Shown: positions 6,090 through 6,107 of the stretch, piece by piece
Position numbering within the stretch: the first letter of the stretch is position 1
How the letters are laid out: every line of letters begins with the position of its first letter
NCBI GenBank assembly: GCA_028693335.1
Contig: JAQUVR010000040.1
Location: forward strand, 1-6,107
Reading direction: 5' to 3'
DNA length: 6,107 nt
Source: Candidatus Iainarchaeum sp.
GTDB taxonomy: Archaea; Iainarchaeota; Iainarchaeia; Iainarchaeales; CSSED10-239
Made by a program: the position numbers and the translations under genes
The notes under the pieces: generated by a model
Seen by the model: only the letters and a program-made list of their open reading frames with translations
What the model was told of the DNA's origin: nothing
Databases searched by the model: none

Positions 6090-6107
6090 TCTATTTGCCA
6101 GTGGACA

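Noticed and set aside
1-6107. Stop-codon reassignment, because no gene here ends in TGA (five TAA, one TAG)
   Set aside because: Six genes are too few to judge, and TAA dominance is expected at this AT content. The aRF1 NIKS and YxCxxxF regions look canonical, and no ORF needs read-through of an in-frame stop.
6090-6107. Slightly GC-richer tail (TCTATTTGCCAGTGGACA) after the truD stop, possibly the edge of a structured RNA gene
   Set aside because: Only 18 nt are visible, so no stem or tRNA or rRNA signature can be established.
1-6107. Mobile element, defence island or CRISPR content
   Set aside because: There are no direct or inverted terminal repeats, no spaced repeat array, no integrase or transposase-like ORF and no visible compositional discontinuity. 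All six genes share the same codon and amino-acid bias, so the region looks like native chromosome.

Overview
Very AT-rich, Lys/Ile/Asn-rich window of about 6.1 kb. It holds six co-directional (+ strand) genes, and by my coordinates about 96-97% of it is coding. The gene content is archaeal: aRF1 with NIKS and GGQ motifs, archaeal TruD/Pus7-type pseudouridine synthase, a HerA-type HAS-barrel/FtsK-like ATPase and a PAC2/Pba-family protein. The compactness and composition suggest a small-genome AT-rich archaeon, possibly DPANN-like, but lineage cannot be resolved from this window. There appear to be three transcription units: (i) PAC2-family CDS (5'-truncated by the window edge) - orphan 278-aa protein - herA, with 3-nt and 16-nt spacers; (ii) a monocistronic Gpt-like phosphoribosyltransferase; (iii) aRF1 - truD, with an 8-nt spacer. 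Three ORF-track starts (48, 1420, 3586) are TTG codons rendered as M. The first is simply internal to a CDS that runs off the left edge. For the other two, in-frame ATGs at 1444 and 3595 are more plausible starts. I see no tRNA, rRNA, CRISPR array, IS or transposase, or compositional island. The most interesting element is the orphan gene at 591-1427. It sits in the position normally held by the NurA nuclease partner of HerA, lacks NurA motifs, and instead shows protein-kinase-like motif spacing with a non-canonical catalytic loop. Together with the upstream PAC2-like gene this may be an undescribed HerA-associated module. Secondary oddities are a Gpt-like PRTase whose PRPP 5-phosphate loop is replaced, an off-register HbYX-like tail on the PAC2 protein, a Cys4 insertion in aRF1, and an 18-nt perfect palindrome containing a TATA-like core upstream of aRF1. 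All functional calls rest on motif recognition by eye. No database search was run.
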